Of a stretch of 64,000 nucleotides of DNA, positions 27,400-36,298 are shown piece by piece. Every line of letters starts with the position of its first letter. Position 1 is the stretch's first letter. Source of the DNA: Bacteroidia bacterium (lineage in GTDB: Bacteria > Bacteroidota > Bacteroidia > Cytophagales > Cyclobacteriaceae); contig JAUIAO010000027.1 of assembly GCA_030425425.1 (NCBI GenBank), positions 722-64,721 on the forward strand. Direction: 5' to 3'. Both the position numbers and the translations under genes were made by a program. Under the pieces are notes generated by a model. The model ran no database searches. It saw only the letters and a list, made by a program, of their open reading frames with translations, and was not told the origin of the DNA.

Positions 27400-27882
27400 T
27401 TAGATGGTGATTTTTATTCCAGATATGAGCGTAGGTCGAAACGCTCTTACACCTAATCCACCTGTGATCATTATTTTTTTGAAGAGCTTATAGTTTCCAT
27501 TGATGGCAGGTGTGATCACGAAGTTTTCACCGTTTGAAACACCTGTTCTGATTTTAAAACTCAAACTCAATGCATCTTTTTCGAGCATAGGATAATTCAT
27601 ATATACACCCGCAAAGTTTTTTTCCTGTCTGTCTATAGTTCCAGATTCGGAAGCATTTGAGGTCATGGCGTTTTGGTTGAATACACCTACTTCTATATGA
27701 GTATCACCAAATTGATAACCGATGCTATAACCTAGTTTAGGAGATATGTGGGTTTGCTCTATATAAGAAGAAGTGATTACATGCTGGGCGGTGGCTGCCT
27801 GCATAGCGAAAATGGCAATGAATCCTACCAAAAGTCTTATTACCTGGATGGCGACTGATTTTTGTGATATTGGAGCTTTCAT
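27400..27882 (-). CDS. Small secreted beta-strand-rich protein, copy B
   Basis: Paralog of 26226-26690: shares SPKLGYSIGYQF, FKIRTGVSNGENFVITP, GGLGVRAFRPTL.SGIKITI. Confidence 0.75.
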   Translation of the reverse strand: MKAPISQKSVAIQVIRLLVGFIAIFAMQAATAQHVITSSYIEQTHISPKLGYSIGYQFGDTHIEVGVFNQNAMTSNASESGTIDRQEKNFAGVYMNYPMLEKDALSLSFKIRTGVSNGENFVITPAINGNYKLFKKIMITGGLGVRAFRPTLISGIKITI

Positions 27883-27910
27883 GACTTTGTTGTTTTTTGT
27901 TATTGATTAC

Positions 27911-27952
27911 AATACAAAAGTCATCATGGGGGCACTCTTATATTAGAGAGAT
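27911..27952 (-). promoter_or_regulatory. Conserved upstream motif of module B
   Basis: Minus strand ATCTCTCTAATATAAG-N14-GACTTTTGTATT. Confidence 0.65.
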
Positions 27953-28069
27953 ATGCCCATTGTCAAAAAACCAAAATTTCGCTATTGAATTAAAGATTCT
28001 ACTTGGGAATCTTCACTAGGTGATTTCCTTAGGGTTGCTAAGGGAAAATGCAGGAAATACTACGCAAAA

Positions 28070-28099
28070 AAAAGAGCCTTGAAGAATTTCTTCAAGGCT
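28070..28099 (-). terminator. Intrinsic terminator of the TerB-like gene
   Basis: AGCCTTGAAGA-loop-TCTTCAAGGCT, with a plus-strand A tract to its left. Confidence 0.7.
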
Positions 28100-28122
28100 G
28101 CAATTATTTAGTTTAGGGGGGA

Positions 28123-28443
28123 TTAATTAATGCGTGCGTTGTTTAAACCCAGATTGGCAACAACCTGATTATACAATTCTCTTTCAGATTTTCTTGGAGT
28201 GTAATCCGTTTTCATAAATGAAAAACAATCCTCTACAAAGTGTTTTTTGTCTTCTTCGGAGGCAAACTCCATGGTGTCATACTCGTCCCACTCGTGTAGG
28301 ATTTCGATTGTTTCATCCTTTGGTACTCCTAAATTCTCAGCTATATGGATAAAAGCATCCACTTTGGTAGCATCTGGCTCACTTAATTTGGCAAGTGTGC
28401 AAAGTGTCTGTACCGTTCTTTTGTCAATATCTGTAAAAACCAT
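28123..28443 (-). CDS. Small TerB-like helical protein
   Basis: LC.LAK..E.D...IAENLGV...E.I ... ERELY..V...LGL duplicated helical pattern. Confidence 0.55.
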   Translation of the reverse strand: MVFTDIDKRTVQTLCTLAKLSEPDATKVDAFIHIAENLGVPKDETIEILHEWDEYDTMEFASEEDKKHFVEDCFSFMKTDYTPRKSERELYNQVVANLGLNNARIN

Positions 28444-28484
28444 TTGCAGTTAATTATTTGGGTGAATAATCAATAATGTAAGAG

Positions 28485-28513
28485 CAAATATACAAATTGC
28501 AAACGTTTGCAAA
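28485..28513 (-). promoter_or_regulatory. Bacteroidota promoter overlapped by a perfect LacI-type operator
   Basis: Minus strand TATATTTG (28485-28492); palindrome TTGCAAACGTTTGCAA (28497-28512). Confidence 0.7.
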
Positions 28514-28601
28514 TAGAATTATCCATTTTTTTACTGCTCTTTAATATTGATTTATATCATATGTACTCAATACCTAAATTTGAGAATTACATTTAGATAT
28601 T

Positions 28602-29357
28602 ATGTCAATCAGGATTGGGAGTTTCCTTTTTAGCCTACGAGGTATTATTCCGGTATTTATACTTGCACTTGGTTTTATCGCTGATTATTTCGGTTTTGGG
28701 AAGATTTCTACTGTTATAATAGGCGATTTAGATCAATGGATATGGTTTTTATTGCCAATAGCTTTTCTTGGTGAAGGGTTTAGGGTTTATACTGTTGGCT
28801 ATTCGCCAAAAGGAACTTCTGGAAGAAACAAAGCTGAACAAGTGGCAGATGAGCTAGTCACTACTGGTTTATATTCTGTGACCAGAAACCCGCTTTATTT
28901 TGGTAATTTGCTCATTTGGCTTTCAGTGATTCTTCTATTTCAGAATTGGTTTCTACTGATTTTCTTTTTGTTTTTTTTCAGATGGTTTTACCGAGCCATT
29001 ATTCGAGCGGAATCCCAATTCTTAAGAGAGAAATATGGACAAGTATACCTTCAATGGTCGAAATATACTCCTGTTTTTTTCCCGTCATGGTCTAAATTCA
29101 AGCCTGGCTCCAGATCATTCAATTGGTATAAAGTCGCTCGGAAAGAAAAGAATGGTTTTGCTGCTATTTTACTTGTCTTTCCACTGATTCGTGCTGTACG
29201 GTTGTATTTTGATGGAAAACTGACCTTCACTTCTTCACTTGATCGCTTATGGCTAATGATTGGTTTAATGGGTGTCGCTGGCTATGTCATCATCAAGTTG
29301 ATCATGCGATTAACTAATTGGCTGGACAATCCACCGAATCGTAATTTCAACCTGTAG
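28602..29357 (+). CDS. ICMT/PEMT-family membrane methyltransferase (LmtA-like)
   Basis: GTSGRN..QVADEL.TTG.YS.TRNPLYFGN, Y..II..E..FL..KYG, KEKNG. Confidence 0.8.
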   Translation: MSIRIGSFLFSLRGIIPVFILALGFIADYFGFGKISTVIIGDLDQWIWFLLPIAFLGEGFRVYTVGYSPKGTSGRNKAEQVADELVTTGLYSVTRNPLYFGNLLIWLSVILLFQNWFLLIFFLFFFRWFYRAIIRAESQFLREKYGQVYLQWSKYTPVFFPSWSKFKPGSRSFNWYKVARKEKNGFAAILLVFPLIRAVRLYFDGKLTFTSSLDRLWLMIGLMGVAGYVIIKLIMRLTNWLDNPPNRNFNL

Positions 29358-29366
29358 ATTTGTGAC

Positions 29367-30263
29367 GTGAAATTCCAAAACCTTATCCGACACCTGGCCT
29401 TGCTTATTGTAGGCCTGCTCTATGGAGCCAATTATAGTATTATGAAAACTGTGACGCCACAGTATCTGGATGCGTTTGGTTTTTTAGTACTTAGAGTCGG
29501 TGTTGCTACATTGATTTTCTTACCAGTAGGGTTAATTCATGGAGAAAAAATCAATTGGCGCGAAGATGGTCTCAGGTTTTTTCTTAGCGCTTTGTTTGGT
29601 GTAGGAATCAATATGATCTGCTTTTTCAAAGGGCTTAGTCTCACCACCGCGATTAATGGATCTATTATCATGACGCTCACGCCCATCATGGTTTTTGTGA
29701 TTTCAGTATTGGTCTTAAAAGAAAGAATTCTGAAACGTAAGGTACTTGGATTAATACTTGGACTGGCTGGTGTGCTTCTCATTATCTACAAAAAAGATAT
29801 TCAGATCAGTCAGGGAAATTGGGTGGGAGATGTGTTGATTTTTATCAATGCACTGAGCTATGGTGCATACTTGGTGATTGTGAAACCTCTGCTCAAAAAA
29901 TATAAACCGATCACAGTAGCAATGTATGCTTTTCTAATTGGTTTTTGGTTCATGATTCCATTTGGTTGGAATGAATTTACTACTGCCCAATGGTCGGAAA
30001 TACCATGGTCTATCTGGTGGAATATTGCGTACGTGATTTTGGGCACTACAGTGATTGTGTATTTTATCAATATCTGGGCCATGAAAAAAGTCAACCCATC
30101 CACTGTAGGAGCGTACATCTATGTGCAGCCAGTCTTCGCTACGCTGATTGCAGCGATGTTTTTTGAGGAGATTATGACTATAAAACACCTTATTGCCGCT
30201 ATGCTGGTTTTTGGAGGAGTTTGGTTAGTGATTAAGCCAATAAAAGATTCTTCTGGTCAATAA
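29367..30263 (+). CDS. DMT/EamA family transporter
   Basis: About 10 TM helices, two EamA repeats, GD.LIF.NA.SYG.YLV. Confidence 0.92.
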   Translation: MKFQNLIRHLALLIVGLLYGANYSIMKTVTPQYLDAFGFLVLRVGVATLIFLPVGLIHGEKINWREDGLRFFLSALFGVGINMICFFKGLSLTTAINGSIIMTLTPIMVFVISVLVLKERILKRKVLGLILGLAGVLLIIYKKDIQISQGNWVGDVLIFINALSYGAYLVIVKPLLKKYKPITVAMYAFLIGFWFMIPFGWNEFTTAQWSEIPWSIWWNIAYVILGTTVIVYFINIWAMKKVNPSTVGAYIYVQPVFATLIAAMFFEEIMTIKHLIAAMLVFGGVWLVIKPIKDSSGQ

Positions 30264-30343
30264 AAATCGGTGGCAGCAAACAAAAAAACTACACTAACCA
30301 AAGTCAGTGTAGTCTTTAATCCATAAACTTATAATCCTAAATC

Positions 30344-32464
30344 TTATCTTACGAACGCATCAGCCATACCACCATCTACATTGATGATGCCACCAGTGGT
30401 CTTTTTCAAGATGGCTACTGCTGCGAAAACTCCATTTGCAATATCCTCAGGCCTGATAATTTCATTCATGAGGTTACGCTTAGCATAAAATGCCGGTAAT
30501 TCCTCCACGGTAATTCCATAAGCTTTTGCTCTTCCTTCAGCCCAAGCTCCTTCCCAGATTTTGCTTCCCACAATTACCCCATCTGGATTTACTGTATTCA
30601 CACGAATTTTTTCTGGTCCAAGCTCTGCTGCCAACAATCTGGTCATGTGTTGCTGTGCAGCTTTCGCCGTGCCATATGCCACATTGTTCTTGCCGGCGAC
30701 TAACCCATTCTTACTTGCTATATTGATGATATCTCCACCAAATCCTTGTGTACGCATGATGGCCGTTCCGGCTTTCGCCATTCTATACTGACCACCCACT
30801 AGCACTTCTTGTAATAGATCCCAGTCTTTCTGAGTAGTCTCCGCCAATGGCTTAGAGATTGCCAAACCTGCAGAGTGTACCACGATATCTACACCACCAA
30901 ACTCTAAGCACGCTGCTTTGAAGGCCTCATTTACAGAATCTTCGCTAGTAACATCGCATAATGCACTTCCTGCCACATCTCGCTTGTATGTGTTTACAGC
31001 TTCGTCTACTCTTCCCTGATCAATATCCGTGATGACCACATTTGCACCTTCAGCGGCTAGTTTGTCAGCGATCGCTTTCCCGATTCCACCACCTGCTCCG
31101 GTGATGATTGCCACTCTTCTAGACAAAGGCTTTTCTGGAGGCATGCGCTTCAGTTTGTCTTCTTCCAGCAACCAGTATTCAATATCAAACGCTTCCTGAC
31201 GAGGTAAAGAAGTGTATTTTGAGATAGCTTCTGCACCACGCATCACATTGATGGCATTGATATAAAACTCCGAAGCAACTCTTGCAGTCTGTTTGTTTTT
31301 AGCGAATGTGAACATTCCTACTCCAGGGTAAAGAATTACGACCGGGTTCGGATCCCGCATTGCAGGGCTATTGTCTCGCTTACAAGTTTCATAATACTCC
31401 TCGTATTCCTTCCTGTATTGCTCAAATGCAGGGATAATTTCTTCTTTTATAGCCATTGGATCCGTTAGATCAGCATCTGCAGATAATGACAATACCAATG
31501 GTTGGATTTTTGTTCTAAGAAAGTGGTCAGGACATGATGTGCCGAGTGGAGCTAAACGATCCAGATCGTTGCTATTGACAAATTGAAGAACACGCTCATC
31601 ATCAGTGAAATGGCCGATCATTTTGTCATGGCTAGAGCACAAGCCTCTCAATACAGGTGAAATCAATGCTGCTTGCTCTTTCCTCTGATCTGCGCTTACA
31701 CTGTCAATTTTTGCACCACCAAATACTGCTCTGTCTTTTCCTTCTCTTTCGGCAATGTATTTAGAAGCATCTTCAATGACCTGCAAGCTGTTGATGTAGC
31801 ATTCGTAACTGGTGTCTCCCCATGTGAACACACCGTGGCTACCCAATACGATACCTTTAATTCCCGGATTGTCGGCCAGACATTTTTCCAATTGTAGTCC
31901 CAAGTCAAAACCAGGTCTTTGCCATGGAACCCATCCCATTTCGTCACCCCAAATTTCTTTCGTGATTTTTTCACTGTCCTCCGCAGCTGCAATAGCAATC
32001 AAAGCATCAGGATGCAAATGGTCTATATGCTCGAAAGGTAAAAGTCCGTGTAGAGGGGTGTCAATGGATGGTGCTCTACTGTCTAAATCATACAAACAGT
32101 GGTAGTATAATGGTACGATCTCATCCTCAAACTCAATTCCTTTATATGCTTTTTTCAGGTCTTTTAACTTGTCAACGTACAACCCGGCGATACCATCTCT
32201 TGTCAGTGTGCCAATATCTCCTCCAGAGCCTTTTACCCACATCACGTCTACATCTTGTCCGGTAAGAGGGTCTTTCTCTACAGTCTTACATGAGGTATTT
32301 CCTCCACCATAGTTGGTTACCCTAAGATCTGCTCCAAGCATATTGGATCGGTATAGGAACAACGCTACCTGATCATCACCTAGCTTGGCAGCCACATCAT
32401 GATCCCATAGATAATCAACAAAATTGAAATCAGATTCACTGAAGTTTTTGGGAGAAGAAGACAT
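30344..32464 (-). CDS. Bifunctional rhamnulose-1-phosphate aldolase / short-chain dehydrogenase
   Basis: YRSN.LGAD..TNYGGGNTS.K, PSIDTPLH, DHLHPD, GTSCPDHFLRTK, TGAGGGIG, YGTAKA. Confidence 0.93.
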   Translation of the reverse strand: MSSSPKNFSESDFNFVDYLWDHDVAAKLGDDQVALFLYRSNMLGADLRVTNYGGGNTSCKTVEKDPLTGQDVDVMWVKGSGGDIGTLTRDGIAGLYVDKLKDLKKAYKGIEFEDEIVPLYYHCLYDLDSRAPSIDTPLHGLLPFEHIDHLHPDALIAIAAAEDSEKITKEIWGDEMGWVPWQRPGFDLGLQLEKCLADNPGIKGIVLGSHGVFTWGDTSYECYINSLQVIEDASKYIAEREGKDRAVFGGAKIDSVSADQRKEQAALISPVLRGLCSSHDKMIGHFTDDERVLQFVNSNDLDRLAPLGTSCPDHFLRTKIQPLVLSLSADADLTDPMAIKEEIIPAFEQYRKEYEEYYETCKRDNSPAMRDPNPVVILYPGVGMFTFAKNKQTARVASEFYINAINVMRGAEAISKYTSLPRQEAFDIEYWLLEEDKLKRMPPEKPLSRRVAIITGAGGGIGKAIADKLAAEGANVVITDIDQGRVDEAVNTYKRDVAGSALCDVTSEDSVNEAFKAACLEFGGVDIVVHSAGLAISKPLAETTQKDWDLLQEVLVGGQYRMAKAGTAIMRTQGFGGDIINIASKNGLVAGKNNVAYGTAKAAQQHMTRLLAAELGPEKIRVNTVNPDGVIVGSKIWEGAWAEGRAKAYGITVEELPAFYAKRNLMNEIIRPEDIANGVFAAVAILKKTTGGIINVDGGMADAFVR

Positions 32465-32525
32465 AATATTTGATTAATTTGATTTTAATACAATTTACAA
32501 TAAAGCGAATCTACATGAGTAAAAA

Positions 32526-32539
32526 CGAAAACGTTTGCA
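32526..32539. promoter_or_regulatory. LacI-type operator upstream of the rhamnulose aldolase gene
   Basis: CGAAAACGTTTGCA, 12/14 match to TGCAAACGTTTGCA, 62-75 bp upstream of the ATG. Confidence 0.55.
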
Positions 32540-32731
32540 CGTTGTGATATAGCATTTGCATTTTTTGATATGAGTTTTAATTGCTTTTATAATGATTAAC
32601 GAATTAGGGAAATCACCTATACAAACTGTCAGGATGCATTTGGGAGAGGAAATAAAAGTCTCATTTTTCGATGATTTTATCTTTTTGAACTTTTGTTAAA
32701 CGAAAATTCAAAGAATAAAACAATTCTTACT

Positions 32732-33745
32732 TTATTTCAACAGTGTGAGGATTATTTCCAGATCATTGTCTCCAAAATCCAAATGTGTCACAAACCGAAC
32801 AGCATTTGCTCCAAAAGCAACTGCTTTCACGCCCTTCTTTGCCAGTGTTTCTAGATAGTCTGCGGGAGTAATACCATTCAATTCCACAATCACAATATTG
32901 GTATCCACAGGCAATACATTTTGTACATATTGAGATTTGGACAGAGCCTCTCCAAGAATTCGAGCTCTTCGGTGATCCTCCTTCAGCCGATCTATATGAT
33001 GGTCCAGTGCATAAAGGCACGCTGCTGCCAGATAGCCAACCTGCCTCATTCCTCCACCCATCATTTTCCTGACTCTTAAAGCTTTGGGATAGAGCTCTCT
33101 TTTCATCAAAAGAACAGAGCCTATTGGAGCACCTAGTCCTTTTGAAAAGCATATTGAAATGGTGTCAAACAGAGGGCCATATTCGTCGGGATTTTCGCCT
33201 GTTTCCACCAATGCATTGAATAACCGCGCACCGTCCATGTGCAGGTTAAGACCATTTTCATCACACACCTTTCTGATTTTCATTATTTCCTCCAGGCTGT
33301 AGATACTTCCGCCGCCCCTATTCATCGTATTTTCAATCCCCACTAAAGATGACTTGGGGTAATGGATATCATCAGAGTTGATACTTGCATCCACTGTTTC
33401 TGCTGTAATTCGCCCACGGTCTCCTTCCAGGAGCTTTGGAGAAAGCTGACTATTGGCTGCCATGCCACCTCCTTCATATAAATATATGTGCGAATGTTTG
33501 TGACAGATTACTTCATCTTGAGGGTTGGTTTGAATACGCAAGGCGACCTGATTGGCCATAGTGCCAGAGGGAAAAAATAATGCCTTATCCATCCTAAACA
33601 TTTCTGCCAGTCTATTTTGAAGCAAAGACGTTGTAGGATCTCCATCAAAAACGTCATCACCTACTTCTGCAGACATCATCGCATCCAGCATTCCCGGAGT
33701 TGGCTTTGTAATAGTGTCGCTTCTGAGGTCAATCATTTTCATCAT
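32732..33745 (-). CDS. ltaE: Low-specificity L-threonine aldolase
   Basis: DLRSDT.T.P, GDDV...D, SGTMAN, ENT.N..GG, HMDGARLFNA, CFSKGLGAP.GS. Confidence 0.95.
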   Translation of the reverse strand: MMKMIDLRSDTITKPTPGMLDAMMSAEVGDDVFDGDPTTSLLQNRLAEMFRMDKALFFPSGTMANQVALRIQTNPQDEVICHKHSHIYLYEGGGMAANSQLSPKLLEGDRGRITAETVDASINSDDIHYPKSSLVGIENTMNRGGGSIYSLEEIMKIRKVCDENGLNLHMDGARLFNALVETGENPDEYGPLFDTISICFSKGLGAPIGSVLLMKRELYPKALRVRKMMGGGMRQVGYLAAACLYALDHHIDRLKEDHRRARILGEALSKSQYVQNVLPVDTNIVIVELNGITPADYLETLAKKGVKAVAFGANAVRFVTHLDFGDNDLEIILTLLK

Positions 33746-33823
33746 TTATTTTGTCTTTCAATGTGCTATCTAAGGTAAAGGAAGAATGGAGGAAACTTAT
33801 AATTTTGACGGAAACATTGACAC

Positions 33824-34822
33824 ATGATATTACACCTCAACGAAGATATTACTCCTGAAAAATTATTTGAAATTGCCACGAGTCATGAGGCCGTTGGTTT
33901 TATAGATCAGTCTACACCGAAATTGGTGCTTTCAAGTCAAGTAAAAGAAGTGCCAGAATCACTGACCAGTTTTGTGTCTGAATCTTTTTTAATGGACAGT
34001 GATATCCAGCTGGCAAGCAGGGCTTACCTATCAGAAAAAAGAACAATAAATATAGGTAATCATACTATTGGCGGAAATACAAACAACACCATGATGATGG
34101 CCGGTCCTTGCAGTATAGAATCATGGCAGCAAATCAGTGAAGTGGCTACCTTTCTCAAAAATTTAGGGATTCAAACCTTAAGAGCCGGATCGTTTAAGCC
34201 AAGAACTTCACCTTATTCTTTTCAGGGTCTGGGAGAAGAAGGATTGAAGATGCTGGCAGACGTGCGGGAAGAATTTGGTCTCAATGTAATAACAGAAGTA
34301 AAGGATAGTTCGCACGTGGATCTGGTGATTGAGTACTCTGACATAGTACAGATCGGCACCAAGGCCATGTATGATCAGAGTATTTTACGGGCTTGTGGTA
34401 AGACAAAGAAGCCCGTGCTCCTCAAAAGAGGTTTTGGCACCACTCTTCAGGAGTTTGTACAGGCAGCGGAGTTTATACTTAGCGGTGGAAATAGTGAGGT
34501 GATGCTATGCGAAAGAGGAATCAGGACCTTTGAAAACAAGACACGGTTTACACTAGATCTTACCGGAGTTGCTTATCTCAAAGAATACACCAATCTTCCC
34601 GTAATCATAGACCCAAGTCATGCGATGGGATATAGATATGGAGTGCCGGATTTGGCAAGAGCTGCTGTGGCGATGGGTGTAGATGGCTTGTTGATCGAAA
34701 CCCACCCAACTCCCGAGCAGGCAAAATCAGATGCTGCTCAGCAATTGAATTTCAGAGAATTTGAATCATTGTTTCATACCTTGCAGCCCATTGCAAACGC
34801 CATAGGCAAACAAATTATATGA
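33824..34822 (+). CDS. Class I-beta DAH7P synthase-like enzyme
   Basis: AGPCSIE, KPRTSPYSFQGLG, LKRG, CERGIRTFE, DPSH, IETHP.P; IGTKA replaces the canonical IGARN. Confidence 0.8.
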   Translation: MILHLNEDITPEKLFEIATSHEAVGFIDQSTPKLVLSSQVKEVPESLTSFVSESFLMDSDIQLASRAYLSEKRTINIGNHTIGGNTNNTMMMAGPCSIESWQQISEVATFLKNLGIQTLRAGSFKPRTSPYSFQGLGEEGLKMLADVREEFGLNVITEVKDSSHVDLVIEYSDIVQIGTKAMYDQSILRACGKTKKPVLLKRGFGTTLQEFVQAAEFILSGGNSEVMLCERGIRTFENKTRFTLDLTGVAYLKEYTNLPVIIDPSHAMGYRYGVPDLARAAVAMGVDGLLIETHPTPEQAKSDAAQQLNFREFESLFHTLQPIANAIGKQII

Positions 34823-35289
34823 TTAAGAAAGATATCAAATTATTGATTCTGGATGTAGATGGTACGATGACCGACGGTGGCATTTACATCATGGAAGACG
34901 GGCGACAATTCAAAAAGTTTAATGCTAAGGATGGGCTGGGCATACGAATGGCGATACAATCTGGTGTAGAAGTAGGTATCATCAGCCACAGCCTGGTAGC
35001 AGAAATGGTTACTTCGAGAGCCAATACTCTTGGCATGAAGTATTTCTATGTAGGCCAGCGACCCAAAGAAGATGTGCTGGATGAATGGATGGCTGAGTTA
35101 AACCTTCAATATGAAGAAATCGCCTTTATGGGAGATGATTTGAATGATTTTGAAATTATGCAAAAAGTGGGTTTCAGAGCATGCCCTGCCGATGCATCCG
35201 ATCCCATCAAAGGGATATCAGATATTGTATTGGAGAGAAAAGGGGGTGAAGGTGCTGTCAGAGAATTTATTGATAAGTATATTCTTTGA
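34819..35289 (+). CDS. kdsC: KdsC-family HAD phosphatase
   Basis: LDVDGTMTDG, FNAKDG.GI, MGDDLND, CPADA, GGEGAVRE; ATGA overlap with the upstream gene. Confidence 0.85.
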   Translation: MIKKDIKLLILDVDGTMTDGGIYIMEDGRQFKKFNAKDGLGIRMAIQSGVEVGIISHSLVAEMVTSRANTLGMKYFYVGQRPKEDVLDEWMAELNLQYEEIAFMGDDLNDFEIMQKVGFRACPADASDPIKGISDIVLERKGGEGAVREFIDKYIL

Positions 35290-36156
35290 TCAGTCGATTT
35301 TATTCACGTATTGTGAAAAATAATACATCGGCATTGGCCAGAGCCTTTTTGAATTTTTCTTTTTAAAAAAACCAAAATGCCCGATCTTTTTTAGCTTCAA
35401 ATCAGTGGGTCGGATGAACTGATAGGTGGTTATTGCATTTTTATACTGATTCATCAATGCCTGAGTAGCAGCAGACGGAGCTAACATCTTATCATCTTCA
35501 AAACTCAGAAAGTGAATATGAATATCTACGCTTTCAAAAGCTCGAATTGTTTTTTCATCGTCTTGCAGGACTCCCATAGGATGAGTACCCCATTTTCGCC
35601 ATTCTTTCACTGCTCGCTTGGGTAATGCCACCTTGCCACCTAGCGCCCAACCGGGTAAGTATCCATAGAAAAAAGTGGTTATTGGAAGCACTAAGTACCA
35701 AAACAGTAGTACTAACCACCACCAAATACCACTCCAATGACCGTAGTAGGCAGACTGTGATCCTACGAAATATGCTGCCAAAATGCGGTCATGCTTTTTG
35801 GATTTGGGAAAAACTTGTCCCGCCACACTATGTCCTATGAGGCAGATCTTGTCATATTTATCTTCAGCCCATCTAATGATCAGCTGCAAGTCGTTTTCTC
35901 CCCACTCACTCATATTGGTCTTTTCTTTTTTAATAGACCCTTGTAGAGATTTTCCGATTCCAGAATAATCAAAAGTAATGACATCAAAATCCCTGTATTT
36001 AGATGCATATACTGCAAAAGACTGGTAATATTGCTGTGGAGCACCCGCAGCAGGACATACGATGATCAGGTGAGGACTTTTCCGATCCTTGGTAAATAGG
36101 GTTGCATGAATGATTCGTTCCTTATTTTTAATTCGGAACGCCTTTGCTTTCTGCAT
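35290..36156 (-). CDS. Alpha/beta fold hydrolase
   Basis: FDYSGIGKS, GHSVAG nucleophile elbow, DD..AP, IGHFGFF. Confidence 0.88.
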   Translation of the reverse strand: MQKAKAFRIKNKERIIHATLFTKDRKSPHLIIVCPAAGAPQQYYQSFAVYASKYRDFDVITFDYSGIGKSLQGSIKKEKTNMSEWGENDLQLIIRWAEDKYDKICLIGHSVAGQVFPKSKKHDRILAAYFVGSQSAYYGHWSGIWWWLVLLFWYLVLPITTFFYGYLPGWALGGKVALPKRAVKEWRKWGTHPMGVLQDDEKTIRAFESVDIHIHFLSFEDDKMLAPSAATQALMNQYKNAITTYQFIRPTDLKLKKIGHFGFFKKKNSKRLWPMPMYYFSQYVNKID

Positions 36157-36241
36157 CTTTTAAGTCAGTCCTGAATAATTGATGTTAGATGGGCGGTTCA
36201 ATCGATTACAAATGTATATAATACTTTAAATTACCATTCCG

Positions 36242-36272
36242 TTTGGCAAACTGTCCTTTTCAAATATTTTTG
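36242..36272 (+). promoter_or_regulatory. Canonical Bacteroidota sigma-70 promoter of sucD
   Basis: TTTG (36242-36245)-N19-TATTTTTG (36265-36272). Confidence 0.7.
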
Positions 36273-36298
36273 CAACACAACTTTGAAACCAATCAAAA

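Noticed and set aside
33824-34822. Calling this gene kdsA because kdsC follows
   Set aside because: It has KPRTS, not the KANRS(S) signature of KDO8P synthases.
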